A model generated the notes under the pieces. It did not search any database. It was not told where the DNA came from and saw only the letters and a list, made by a program, of their open reading frames with translations. DNA of 64,000 bases, taken from Lytechinus pictus (taxonomy: Eukaryota). The DNA is taken from positions 1,366,001 through 1,430,000 of the forward strand of contig NC_087246.1 in NCBI RefSeq assembly GCF_037042905.1, in the 5' to 3' direction. The translations under genes were made by a program, and so were the position numbers. Shown here piece by piece: positions 25,759-37,250 of the stretch (the stretch's first letter is position 1; each line of letters begins with the position of its first letter).

Positions 25759-28700
25759 ATGGAAGGAATGAGACCTTTCTTTATTGTGAGTCTAATGCTG
25801 ACTCTTCTCACGTTCTCAAACTACCATTGTACAACTTCATGTATTCGTACTTGTAGTTTACCATGTATTAATGTTTGGAAACAAATGCTTGTAAAGGTAA
25901 AAGGCTACTCAAATGCACGTATTTTGTACTATAACAATGCAATCCCTACTTTTAATGTTACATTGCTAATTAGTGGGGATGTTGAGAGTAACCCGGGCCC
26001 AGATAATGATGGCCAGGTCAATGTCAAAGCAGAGAATAAGCTGTATAGGCCTATATGTAGAAGTGTTAACACAAAATATCTGTATAGTACTCCAAAATTG
26101 TTAGAGCTTAACCCATACAATGTCCACTCAAGGTTCAAGAATCTTCGGGTCAGTGAAGCAACATGGAAACAAATCACGACACTACATATCAATAGAGTGA
26201 AGAAGACTCATAGAGGAAAGAGAGCAGGTAAACAGACGAGAGAGAAAGCAGAGAAAAACATGCACCTGAACAATGACTTTTTGAGTAAGAATATAAAATT
26301 TGCTATGTTGAATGCTAGGTCAGTAAAGAATAAAACTGCTGAACTCGCTGATTACATCATTGAACACAACTTAGACATTATTGCTGTCTGTGAAACCTGG
26401 CTATCACCTGATGACGCCTCTCCGATTGGCCAGCTGACACCTCATGGTTTCACTTTCAAGCATGTCCCCCGAGTAGGTAGAAGAGGGGGAGGAGTAGCTG
26501 TGCTTTTCAGAAGTCATCTTGATGTCAGAATCGTCGATAACCCAGATATAACCTCATTTGAGATGATTCAGATGACACTGAACCATGAACAGAAGTCACT
26601 GCGATTGATTGCTGTGTATCGTCCACCAGGTCAGAGACAGCTCCAGACGTTCTTCGATGAATTTTCCAATCTTCTTGATAGACACCTTCTCCAGACTTCT
26701 GACTTAATCATCACAGGAGATTTCAACATACCCATGGATTCTTCAACTCCCACATCTAATTCCTTCTCTGAGTTATTATCTGCCTACAATTTGACCCAAC
26801 ACATAAATGAGCCCACCCATAATCGTGGTCATGTATTAGATTTACTCATTACTCAAAAGTGTAATACTGTTCAACTACTTAAGATTCATGTAAAGGAAGG
26901 TATATCTGACCATTCAGTATTAATGTGTGAATTCAACATTCCCAAACAATCTTCCAATAAAAAGCTTGTTACTACACGTAACCTTAAATCTCTAGATCCA
27001 AAAGAGTTTGCAAATGACACTCATTTTAATTCGCTCATATTAACACATTCTTGTGCCAAAAGTGTTGATGAAAAGGTGAATTTGTATAATTCTTTACTTA
27101 CTTCTGCACTTGATAAGCTGGCACCTAAGAAGCAGCTCATTGTAACAATTCACCCTAATACTGAATGGTACAATCAAGAAATAGCAAAAGCAAAACTCCT
27201 TCGTAGACAATTAGAAAGGAGAGCAAGGTCCACTAAACTGGAGATTCACAAACAAATGTATCGTACTCAGAAGCAACACGTAAATGCGTTAATTAAGAAA
27301 GCTCAATCAAACTATCATTCAAAGAAAGTTGAGGACTGCAAAAAAGATGCAAAGAAATTATATAAAGTTGCTAATAATTTACTTAATAGAAAACAACCAT
27401 CTCCTTTGCCTCAACATTTCACCCATGGTAATCAATTACAACTTGCTAATCGTTTCAACCAATATTTTGTAGACAAAATTATCACAATTCGACAACACTT
27501 TCAAATTGATACTGTGCAACCGTCGAATAATGTTTGTGAACCTAATTCAATGTGGTGTGAATTTCAGCCAGTCACTCTCCACGAGATTGAAACTCTTGTC
27601 AAAAATTCACGAAACAAATCATGTGAACTTGATCCTGTGCCTACCGATCTGCTTAAGAAGTGTAGCTCATTCCTAGTACCCATTATTACTAGCATTATAA
27701 ACGATAGCCTGATTTCAGGAGTTGTCCCACAAACTTTCAAAACAGCTGTCATCCATCCAACATTGAAAAAGTTGAGTTTAGATCAGGAATGCCTTAAAAA
27801 TTATCGCCCAATTTCGAATTTATCTTTCTTGAGTAAGTTGCTTGAAAGGGTTGTTTTTTCGCAACTGACTTCATATCTACAGGAACATGAATTGGTTGAC
27901 CCACGCCAATCTGCCTATAGGCCTGGTCATAGTGTAGAAACTTTACTTGTCAATTTAACTGATAACATATTCAGGGAATTAGATTGTGACAATATAACTG
28001 CTCTTGTCATGCTCGATATGAGCTCTGCTTTTGATACAATAGATCACGCTATATTAATACACAGACTTACATCTTTAGGTATCTCTGGTACTGTTCTGGA
28101 CTGGTTCACGTCATATCTCATTGATCGGTCCCAGTATGTCAGAATTGGTAATTTTGCATCCTGCAAAAGTTCTTTACAATATGGTGTACCACAGGGTTCA
28201 GTTGGAGGCCCCCTGCTTTTCTCTTTGTATATTCAACCTATCAGTCAAATACTTAAAGAACACAATATCAACTATCACTGTTATGCAGATGACATACAAA
28301 TCTATCTATCATTTAAACCCTCTTTATCTTCTCTATCATTGGCTATTGGAAAACTTGAAGCATGTCTAAAAGATGTAAAATCATGGCTCACCTTGAATGG
28401 TCTTAAACTGAATGATGACAAGTCAGAGTTTTTACTTTTAGGTTCAAGAAAGATGTTAAGTAAGATCAACTATCGATCTTGTCGTCTCAATATTGGTAGC
28501 ACCTCCATTACACCATCAGATCGAGCTCGTAATTTGGGAGTTATTTTCGATCAGGACATGTCTTTTCGCCATCATCTAACATATGTTCAACAAAGTGTCA
28601 GGTATCAACTTCGAAATCTAAGTTTCATAAGAAAGTGTCTTTCCAAACCTGCGGCTGAAATCCTCATTCACTCTTTAATTTCCTCCCGTTTAGATTTTGC

Positions 28701-29127
28701 CAACTCATTGTTCTGCAATTTACCTAAGAAGGACATAATAAAACTTCAAAGACTACAAAATTCTGCAGCACGCCTACTGACACTGACAAAGAAGTCTGAT
28801 TCAATAACTCCCATTCTCCGATCTCTCCATTGGCTACCAGTTGATAAAAGAATTATATTCAAAATTTTGTTACTAGTTCATCACTCTGTCTACTCTGTTT
28901 CCCCCTTATACCTGTGCAACTCAATTTCTCGATATTGCCCGACACGAAGTCTTCGTTCTTCATCAGATACATTGTTGCTTCAGATACCAAGAACCAGACA
29001 CACATGGGGGGATAGGGCTTTCTCTGTCATGGGTCCAAAACTCTGGAACGAACTCCCGCTACGAATTCGACAGTTGTCTTCTACAGAATCATTCAAATCC
29101 CAACTAAAAACCTATCTATTCCCCTGA
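25759..29127 (+). CDS. LINE L2-clade protein: leader + 2A-like peptide + APE endonuclease + reverse transcriptase (1122 aa)
   Basis: APE motifs LNARS, VCETW, GGGVA, YRPP, GDFN, LDL, SDH; RT motifs NYRPIS, QSAYR, LDMSSAFD, GVPQGS, YADD, LGV; L2-type C-terminus LHWLPV...GDRAFS..GPKLWNELP. Confidence 0.97.
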   Translation: MEGMRPFFIVSLMLTLLTFSNYHCTTSCIRTCSLPCINVWKQMLVKVKGYSNARILYYNNAIPTFNVTLLISGDVESNPGPDNDGQVNVKAENKLYRPICRSVNTKYLYSTPKLLELNPYNVHSRFKNLRVSEATWKQITTLHINRVKKTHRGKRAGKQTREKAEKNMHLNNDFLSKNIKFAMLNARSVKNKTAELADYIIEHNLDIIAVCETWLSPDDASPIGQLTPHGFTFKHVPRVGRRGGGVAVLFRSHLDVRIVDNPDITSFEMIQMTLNHEQKSLRLIAVYRPPGQRQLQTFFDEFSNLLDRHLLQTSDLIITGDFNIPMDSSTPTSNSFSELLSAYNLTQHINEPTHNRGHVLDLLITQKCNTVQLLKIHVKEGISDHSVLMCEFNIPKQSSNKKLVTTRNLKSLDPKEFANDTHFNSLILTHSCAKSVDEKVNLYNSLLTSALDKLAPKKQLIVTIHPNTEWYNQEIAKAKLLRRQLERRARSTKLEIHKQMYRTQKQHVNALIKKAQSNYHSKKVEDCKKDAKKLYKVANNLLNRKQPSPLPQHFTHGNQLQLANRFNQYFVDKIITIRQHFQIDTVQPSNNVCEPNSMWCEFQPVTLHEIETLVKNSRNKSCELDPVPTDLLKKCSSFLVPIITSIINDSLISGVVPQTFKTAVIHPTLKKLSLDQECLKNYRPISNLSFLSKLLERVVFSQLTSYLQEHELVDPRQSAYRPGHSVETLLVNLTDNIFRELDCDNITALVMLDMSSAFDTIDHAILIHRLTSLGISGTVLDWFTSYLIDRSQYVRIGNFASCKSSLQYGVPQGSVGGPLLFSLYIQPISQILKEHNINYHCYADDIQIYLSFKPSLSSLSLAIGKLEACLKDVKSWLTLNGLKLNDDKSEFLLLGSRKMLSKINYRSCRLNIGSTSITPSDRARNLGVIFDQDMSFRHHLTYVQQSVRYQLRNLSFIRKCLSKPAAEILIHSLISSRLDFANSLFCNLPKKDIIKLQRLQNSAARLLTLTKKSDSITPILRSLHWLPVDKRIIFKILLLVHHSVYSVSPLYLCNSISRYCPTRSLRSSSDTLLLQIPRTRHTWGDRAFSVMGPKLWNELPLRIRQLSSTESFKSQLKTYLFP
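25945..26001 (+). other. 2A-like ribosomal skipping (StopGo) sequence
   Basis: PTFNVTLLISGDVESNPG|P matches D(V/I)ExNPG|P with upstream hydrophobic residues; G80 at 25996-25998, P81 at 25999-26001. Confidence 0.85.
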
Positions 29128-29520
29128 AATGATTAATTTAATAATTTAATTTGCCTTGTCCAGGAGATATTTTATTTTATTATTCTTTCTTTTTCTCTTT
29201 CCTTTTTTTTTTTTCCTAAGCGCCATGAGCACCTTAATGTGGACCTGTGCGCTATACAAATAACCACTATTATTATTATTATTATTAATATCTAACCCAT
29301 ACCCAAGAGATATTTCCTTCATGAAATAATTCCTGTGTTGTCATGACACCGGCATGTTTGGTCATTAGCATGGCTGAGGGGAATGAAAATTTATCGTAAT
29401 TTGCTTACAAGTCAACGTATTGAATTCCCTTCATTTCCTTTCAATAAAAAATAGATATATCATGAATAGAAAGGGGTGAATTTGTAGACCACTGAAGTGA
29501 ATTTTTACTGATTATTAGTA

Positions 29521-30606
29521 AAACAAGTGGAATGCCTCTGGCCGTCTCACCTGCATCACGCGATTCAATATAGCAGCAGTGCTGATTTTGAAAACTACTA
29601 TAACTCGCACAAGATGTTCAGTGATACTTGGTTACTCTTATTTCCACGTTTTATGAACTAGACCAATACACAAATAGAGATATGATGGCAATTCAAAAAA
29701 TACCCCCAACGTGGCCAAAGTTCTTTGACCTTACATGACCTTTGACCTTGATCATGTGACCTGAAACTCGCACAGGATGTTCAGTGATACTTGATTACTA
29801 TTATGTCCAAGTTTTATGAACTAGACCAACACACTTTCAAATTTATGGCTGTAATTCAACAAATACCCCAATTTGGCCAAAGTTCATTGACCCTAAATGA
29901 CCTTTGACCTTGATCATGTGACCTGAAACTTGCACAGGATGTTCAGTAATACTTGATTACTATTATGTCCAAGTTTCATGAATCAGATCCATAAACTTTC
30001 AAAGTTATGATGGTAATTCAACAGATACCCCCAATTCGGCCAAAGTTCATTGACCCTAAATGACCTTTGACCTTGGTCATGTGACGTGAAACTCATGCAG
30101 GATGTTCAGTGATACTTGATTAACCTTATGTATAAGTTTCATGAACTAGGTCCATATATTTTCTAAGTTATGATGACATTTCAAAAACTTAACCTTAGGT
30201 TAAGATTTTGATGTTGATTCCCCCAACATGGTCTAAGTTAATTGACCCTAAATGACCTTTGACCTTAGTCATGTGACATGAAACTCAGGCAGGATGTTCA
30301 GTAATACTTGATTAACCTTATGTATAAGTTTCATGAACTAGGTCCATATATTTTCTAAGTTATGATGACATTTCAAAAACTTAACCTTAGGTTAAGATTT
30401 TGATGTTGATTCCCCCAACATGGTCTAAGTTAATTGACCCTAAATGACCTTTGACCTTAGTCATGTGACATGAAACTCAGGCAGGATGTTCAGTAATACT
30501 TGATTAACCTTATGGCCAAGTTTCATGAACTAGGTCCATATACTTTCTAAGTTATGCTGTCATTTCAAAAACTTAACCTCAGGTTAAGATTTGGTGTTGA
30601 CGCCGC

Positions 30607-30638
<32 letters not shown>

Positions 30639-30700
30639 TCGCCGTCGCCGTCGGAAAAGCGGCGCCTATAGTCTCACTCTGCTATGCAGGTGAGACAATA
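29521..30700 (+). mobile_element. Helentron-associated (HINE/pearl-like) element with internal tandem array
   Basis: AACAAG start; sub-TIRs GTCTCACCTGCAT (29544-29556) / ATGCAGGTGAGAC (30684-30696); 3' hairpin; repeat periods 163,162,163,192,192 bp; (GCC)n 30601-30652. Confidence 0.8.
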
Positions 30701-30757
30701 AAACCTGTCTAATATCCAAATTTAGAAATATTTGAAGTGTATTTTTATCTTCTCATT

Positions 30758-31158
30758 AGGGCCGTCTGCACCATCCCGAGTTTTCAAATTAGCGCGCTAT
30801 TTCTGATCCGGCGAATTATCCCGATCTGAACAATCTCAAGATTATTTGTAATGGAGACGCAATTATCGCGCTAGTTCGTAGGATTAATCTCGAGATTGCA
30901 ATCCCAAGTCAACTTGGGATTATTTGCAAAATAGCACGCTATTTTACGAATTATCGCGCTAATTTGCAGGTGCAGACGCACTCGAGATTATTCATTCACG
31001 GCATGAGACCATAATGCATTGATGCCTCGCTCGGGCAGGAATCGCTCTTCTTGCGATGGTGGAGATGGGGTTTCTTGAATCTCGAGATTAATCGCGAAGA
31101 GGGCCGATCAGGCTAAAATCTCAAGATTGAGCAAACTCGGGATGGTGCAGCACTGCCT
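30758..31158. mobile_element. MITE, Harbinger-like
   Basis: Inverted ends CTGCACCATCCCGAGTTT / AAACTCGGGATGGTGCAG. Confidence 0.75.
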
Positions 31159-31187
31159 ATTGTGGTAAAGTTCCAAACAATCTGAAC

Positions 31188-31350
31188 CAGGGGCAGATCC
31201 AGGATTTATCGGGGGGGGGGGGGCTAAATGTTATCACCAATGACAAGGAGCATTTTCCCTTTTGAAATATTTATCAAGTAGAAAAGAAGTCCTCAAAAAA
31301 GGAGACCACATGCCCTTTTGCCCCCGCCTCCTTCCTAGATATGTGCCTTG
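31188..31350. mobile_element. Short poly-G MITE
   Basis: CAGGGGCAGATCCAGGA / TCCTAGATATGTGCCTTG imperfect TIRs. Confidence 0.5.
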
Positions 31351-31399
31351 ACTGAAACAACATGGCCAGATGGCAAGCCGCATCAAAACAAGCCGTGAT

Positions 31400-34300
31400 T
31401 ATGGCACGCCTATAGGGAAACAATTATATATATATTTCACTTGAAAAAAATATGTTTCTCTTCTACTAAACCATTTCACTCAAAGAAATTTATATTTCAC
31501 TTTTCAAAAAAATATATTTCACTTTTATAAAAAAAATATATTTCACTTTTCAAAAAAATATATTTCACTTTTATAAAAAAAATATATTTCACTTTTCAAA
31601 AAAATATATTTCACTTTCCCAAAAAATATATTTCACTTTTCAAAAAAATATATTTCACTTTTCAAAAAAAATATATTTCACTTTTCAAAAAAAATATATT
31701 TCACTTTTCAAAAAAATATATTTCACTTTTCAAAAAAAATATATTTCACTTTTCAAAAAAAATATATTTCACTTTTCAAAAAAATATATTTCACTTTAAA
31801 AAAAAAATTATTTCACTTTTCAAAAAATAACATATTTCACTTTTCCAAAAAATATGTTTCACTTTTGAAAAGAATAATTTCACTTGTTACATTTTAATTT
31901 TGAGAGAAAACAAATCCTTTCACTTTTGTTGGATAACACATGCGGCTGCCGTATTAGACCGTACGTAAAATTCATCTATCTATCTATCTACCTACATGAT
32001 ATATCTATCTATCTCTCTGTCTAATATATATCTATCTGTTTAAATCTATCTATCTATCCATCTATCTGTCGGTCTATTTATCTATCTATCTCTCGAACTA
32101 TTTATTTTTCTATCTATCTGTCTAACAATTATCTGTTTAAATATGTCTGTCTATCTATCTATCTATCTGTCTGTCTCTTTATCTATCTATCTATCTAATA
32201 TCTATTTATTTATTTTAATATGTCTATATCTTTTTATTTATCATTCAATCTATCTATCTATCTAATGATTTATCCGGCTGTTTAAATGTCTGTATATCTG
32301 TCTTAATTTCTATCTATCTGCCTATTTATCTTTATATATATATCTATATATCTATCTATCTATCTTAAGTCTATCTGTTCAAAATATGTATGTCTATCTG
32401 TATGTCTACCTTTTATCTTTCAATCTAATATCTATTGATCTGTGCAAATAATCATGTCTGTTTATTTGTCTGTTTATCTATTTAATATCTATCTATTAAA
32501 TCTGTTAAATATGTTATTCTATCTGTCTATCTATCAATAAATATATAAATCTATTTTCTCTCCATCTATATATCTATCCATCTGTTTATCTATTTGCGTA
32601 TGTATCTATCTGTCTCTGAATCTATGTGTATATCAAATATAATATCATAATCACCGTTATCATCATCATATTTGCCATCAATCATCAGCATCATCCTCCT
32701 CATCGTATTTTTTATCGTCAATCAATATCTATCTAATGCCTATCTGTCTATCTATCTAATACCTATTTATCTGTTTATATCTATCTATATATTAATCCCT
32801 TTTATTAGTATATATCTATCTTCTATTGATCTATCCACCTATCATTTATCTCTCCATCCATCGATCTATCTATCTATTTATCTATCTTTCTTATATGTAT
32901 CTGTTTAAATATGTATGTCTATATGTCTGTCTATTTATCTGTCATACTTATATCCACTCAATTGTATAAATACTTGTCTGTTTATATACGACCGACCACC
33001 TAATTCGTCCGCACGACGAATTAAAATCTAGTTTGTTTTCACTTGTTACATTTTAAATCTGAGAGAAAACAAATCCTTTCACTTTTGTTGGAGAACTCAG
33101 ACGACGGCGGCTGCCGTATTAGACTGTACGTAAAATTCATTCCTCACGTAAAAATCCATTCCTCTCGCTACGTAAAACATTTCACTCTTGTTGCAAAATT
33201 CATTTCACTCAATTGCAAAAAATACGTTCCTCTTTTTTCTCGGCCTGTAGGCGGCGCACACCATTGTTGGTGGGACGAGGACAACACACCACGAGGTGGG
33301 CCCATAAACACAAATCGTAAAGTTTGAATTTATCGCTGATTATGCACAATAGCCAGTGCAATCAGCTGTTGCATTCGGCCCTATGATCAATCAATAACCT
33401 TAGCACGGTCTGGCTATACGTTTTTTAGGCATGCATGAGCCATGAATACTTTATACATACGGAGCTGAATGGTTAAGGTATAAGTGTTGAAATTTCCCTT
33501 TTCTCCCTTCCGTCTGTTTTTTATATTACTTCATTGACATACGATGATCGTAATGATTGATGAAATGAAGCTTACAAAAAGCTACATTTCACTGGTCAAC
33601 TCGCTTGTACCTGCACTGCAAAACCAAATTCTCTCCATTTTGTATGAGACATGAATGGGGGTCCCCATCTCTTAGAACAGACATAAAAAGTGAGTTACGG
33701 GACTGAAGTTGGGTGATGACATCGTCGCTTTCGGTGGACATTCTCGGCTAACACCTCAGAGATGTATACTAATTACGTGTTATTAGTATATATCTCTATG
33801 GCTAACACCAACCTTTTCGGGTTGAGCGATGACGTCATCACCCAACTTTAGTCCCGTATACTCACTTTTTATGTCTGTTCTAAAGATGGTGACCCCCCCC
33901 CCCCTTCATGTCTCGGACAAAATGGAGAGAATTTGGTTTTGCAGTCCAGGTACAAGTGAGTTGACCAGTGAAATGTAGCTTTTTGTAAGCTTCATTTCAT
34001 CAATCATTACGACCATCGTATGTCAATGAAGTAAAAGACAGACAGAATGGAGAAAAGGGAAATTTCAACACTTATACCTTGACCATTCAGCTCCGTAGAT
34101 AGTGTATGTATCATGCCTCATGCCTACAAAACGTTGTAGCCAGACCGGCCGTGCTAAGGTTAGCGATTGATCATAGGGCTGAATGCAACAGCTGATTGCA
34201 CCGGTTATTGTGTTTGTATTTTTAGTTCAGTGGGTCCACCTCGTGGTGCATTCTCGTGCACGTGGCCGTGGGAAAGTGATGTAATTGGGTTCGCTGGTAT

Positions 34301-35248
34301 TCCCATATCCTCGTTATTTTGTGTGTTGCAACCGCATTCATGATTTCTCCCATCAGCACAGCGAAATATCGTCCCACCAACAATGGTGTGCGCCGCCTAC
34401 AGGCCGAGAAAAAAGAGGAACGTATTTTTTGCAATTGAGTGAAATGAATTTGCAACATGAGTGAAATGTTTTTCGCAGCGAGAGGAATGGATATTCACGT
34501 GAGGAACGAATTTTACGTACGGTCCAATTCGGCAGCCGTATGTGTTATCCAACAAAAGTGAAAGGATTTGTTTTCTCTCAGATTTAAAATGTAACAAGTG
34601 AAACTAGATTTTAATAGTAGATACAGAGACAAACAGACATAATTATTTAAACAAATGAGTGGATATAAGTATGAAAGATAAATAGACAGACAGATATACA
34701 TACATATTTAACAGATACATATAAGAAAGATAAATAGATAGATAGATCGATGGATGGATGGAGAGATAAATGATAGGTGGATAGATCAATAGAAGATAGA
34801 TGTATATTAATAAAAGGGATTAATATATAGATACATATAAACACATAAATAGGTATTAGATAGATTGACAGATAGACATTAGATAGGGATTGATTGACGA
34901 TAAAAAATACGATGAGGAGGATGATGCTGATGATTGATGGCAAATATGATGATGATAACGGTGATTATGATATTACATTTGATATACACATAGATTCAGA
35001 GACAGATACATACATACGCAGATAGATAAACAGATGGATAGATATATAGATGGAGAGAAAATAGATTTATATATTTATTGATAGATAGACAGATAGAATA
35101 ACATATTTAACAGATTTAATAGATAGATATTAAATAGATAAACAGACAAATAAACAGACATGATTATTTGCACAGATCAATTAATATTAGATTGAAAGAT
35201 AAAAGGTAGACATACAGATAGACATACATATTTTGAACAGATAGACTT

Positions 35249-35299
<51 letters not shown>

Positions 35300-36242
35300 A
35301 GATAAATAGGCAGATAGATAGAAATTAAGACAGATATACAGACATTTAAAAAGCCGAATAAATCATTAGATAGATAGATTGAATGATAAATAAACAGATA
35401 TAGACATATTAAAATAAATAAATAGATAGTAGATAGATAGATAGATAGATAGATAAAGAGACAGACAGATAGATAGATAGATAGACAGACATATTTAAAC
35501 AGATAATTGTTAGACAGATAGATATAAAAATTAATAGTTCGAGAGATAGATAAATAGACTGACAGATAGATGGATAGATAGATTTAAACAGATAGATATA
35601 TATTAGACAGAGAGATAGATAGATATATCATGTAGGTAGATAGATAGATGAATTTTACGTACGGTCTAATACGGCAGCCGCATGTGTTATCCAACAAAAG
35701 TGAAAGGATTTGTTTTCTCTCAAAATTAAAATGTAACAAGTGAAATGATTCTTTTCAAAAGTGAAACATATTTTTTTTGGAAAAGTGAAACATATTTTTT
35801 GGGAAAAGTGAAATATGTTATTTTTTGAAAAGTGAAATATATTTTTTTTGAAAAGTGAAATATATTTTTTTTTTAAAGTGAAATATTATTTTTTTGAAAA
35901 GTGAAATATATTTTTTTGGAAAAGTGAAATATATTTTTTTGAAAAGTGAAATATATTTTTTTTGAAAAGTGAAATATATTTTTTTTGAAAAGTGAAATAT
36001 ATTTTTTTGAAAAGTGAAATATATATTTAAGTGAAATGTATTTTTTTTTGAAAAGTGAAATATATATTTTTTCTTAAAAGTGAAATATATTTTTTTTAAG
36101 TGAAATATATTTTTTTGATAAAGTGGAATATATTTTCAAAAGTGAAATATAAATTTCTTTGAGTGAAATGGTTTAGTAGAAGAGAAACATATATTTTATA
36201 AGTGAAATATATATTTAATTGATTCCCTATGAGCGTGCCATA
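31400..36242. mobile_element. Giant foldback non-autonomous DNA transposon (IS3EU-like termini)
   Basis: Arms ~31400-33730 and ~33825-36242 are reverse complements; termini TATGGCACGC / GCGTGCCATA; 6-bp TSD CGTGAT at 31394-31399 and 36243-36248; ~21-22-bp AAAAAAATATATTTCACTTTTC arrays and ~1-kb (TATC)n-rich blocks in both arms. Confidence 0.9.
33755..33800. mobile_element. 46-bp TIR-only mini-element
   Basis: AGAGATGTATACTAAT / ATTAGTATATATCTCT inverted pair; 8-bp TSD GCTAACAC at 33747-33754 and 33801-33808. Confidence 0.75.
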
Positions 36243-36249
36243 CGTGATA

Positions 36250-37250
36250 CAAGCTTTAGGTTTGTCAACCTCCATCAACCATAGCAAGGTGTCTTAACGA
36301 GTCCACTGCTTTCCTGACAAATATTAGACTATAAATAACATCTATGAGCAGAAGTAGAGGCAATCATCAAGGGAGTTAGAATGAAGAGAACAATATCCTG
36401 GGTGCAACTAGTCAACTGTATCTAGGTCTGTGAAATAAGCAGACAACAGCATCTCATTAAATATGATTCAAGATAAATTTATTTTCATTAATTACACTTA
36501 AATAAATTTTAGTTCTGTATCATTATGTAAGCTCTTCTCTTCATCTCAATCCCTACAACGACAAATCATGGTAGCACTTAAACAATATGACTATACAAAG
36601 TATTAGGGTTTGGGCCATTGTTTACACTGTCTGATCTAAACATTCTGTTACCACTGCTCATCAACATGAATGACAACCAGCTGAACTGAATTTTCTCTAA
36701 ATGAGTCTTTGAAGACACTTTGCCAGGCTTCATCCAGAACCAATCCTGGCGACACAATTGAATCAACCGCTTCTGGATGCATCAAGTTGTCAGGACTGTG
36801 AAGTGTTCTCTGACGAACAGCCGGACAGATGGACAACATAACCCTACCAATATAATCAAGTGGTTGTAGGATAGAAGAGATCCAAAACCATGAAGAAAAA
36901 TCAAAAAATAAATGGAACGAAAAATAATTATGAAGGAGGAAAGAAGTGACTCAGAAATTCAGTCTATATTTGATGAGAAGTGTTCCCCTACATTGTACAT
37001 TAACAACAAATCATACGTTTGATTCCAACATTATATGGTGGATAAATAAATTGACATGTTCGTTCATCGCACTTGCACGCAGTTACAACTTGAATGTGAG
37101 CAAGGATACCGTACATGAGCAGCATGCGTAAGTATAGCCTCCCAACGATAACGTGGCAATCGCACGGAGATCGTACGTTGAAAGCATAATCACGTACAAC
37201 TCACTTGCGTTGCATGCAACCACTCACAATCGTACTCCTCCTGCTCTTGT
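36250..37250 (-). pseudogene. Decayed LINE 5' region with SGNH/esterase-like ORF1 remnant
   Basis: ORF 36648-36839 contains VSPG...VQLVVIHV, resembling SGNH blocks II/III (PG...vvIHvGtND) of CR1/L2-group ORF1. Confidence 0.4.

Larger units (their letters stand above)
17444..29285 (+). mobile_element. Full-length L2-clade LINE, 5' UTR interrupted by a 7.9-kb DNA element
   Basis: TSD TAATATCT at 17436-17443 and 29286-29293; 5' UTR 17444-17826 joins 25747 once the insert and one TSD copy are removed; intact ORF; 3' stem-loop and (TAT)n tail ~29268-29285. Confidence 0.8.

Noticed and set aside
32672..34943. Mirror-image ORF pairs (MPSIISII..., MLHFKSERK...)
   Set aside because: They are by-products of the inverted repeat and the TATC-rich low-complexity sequence; no protein features.
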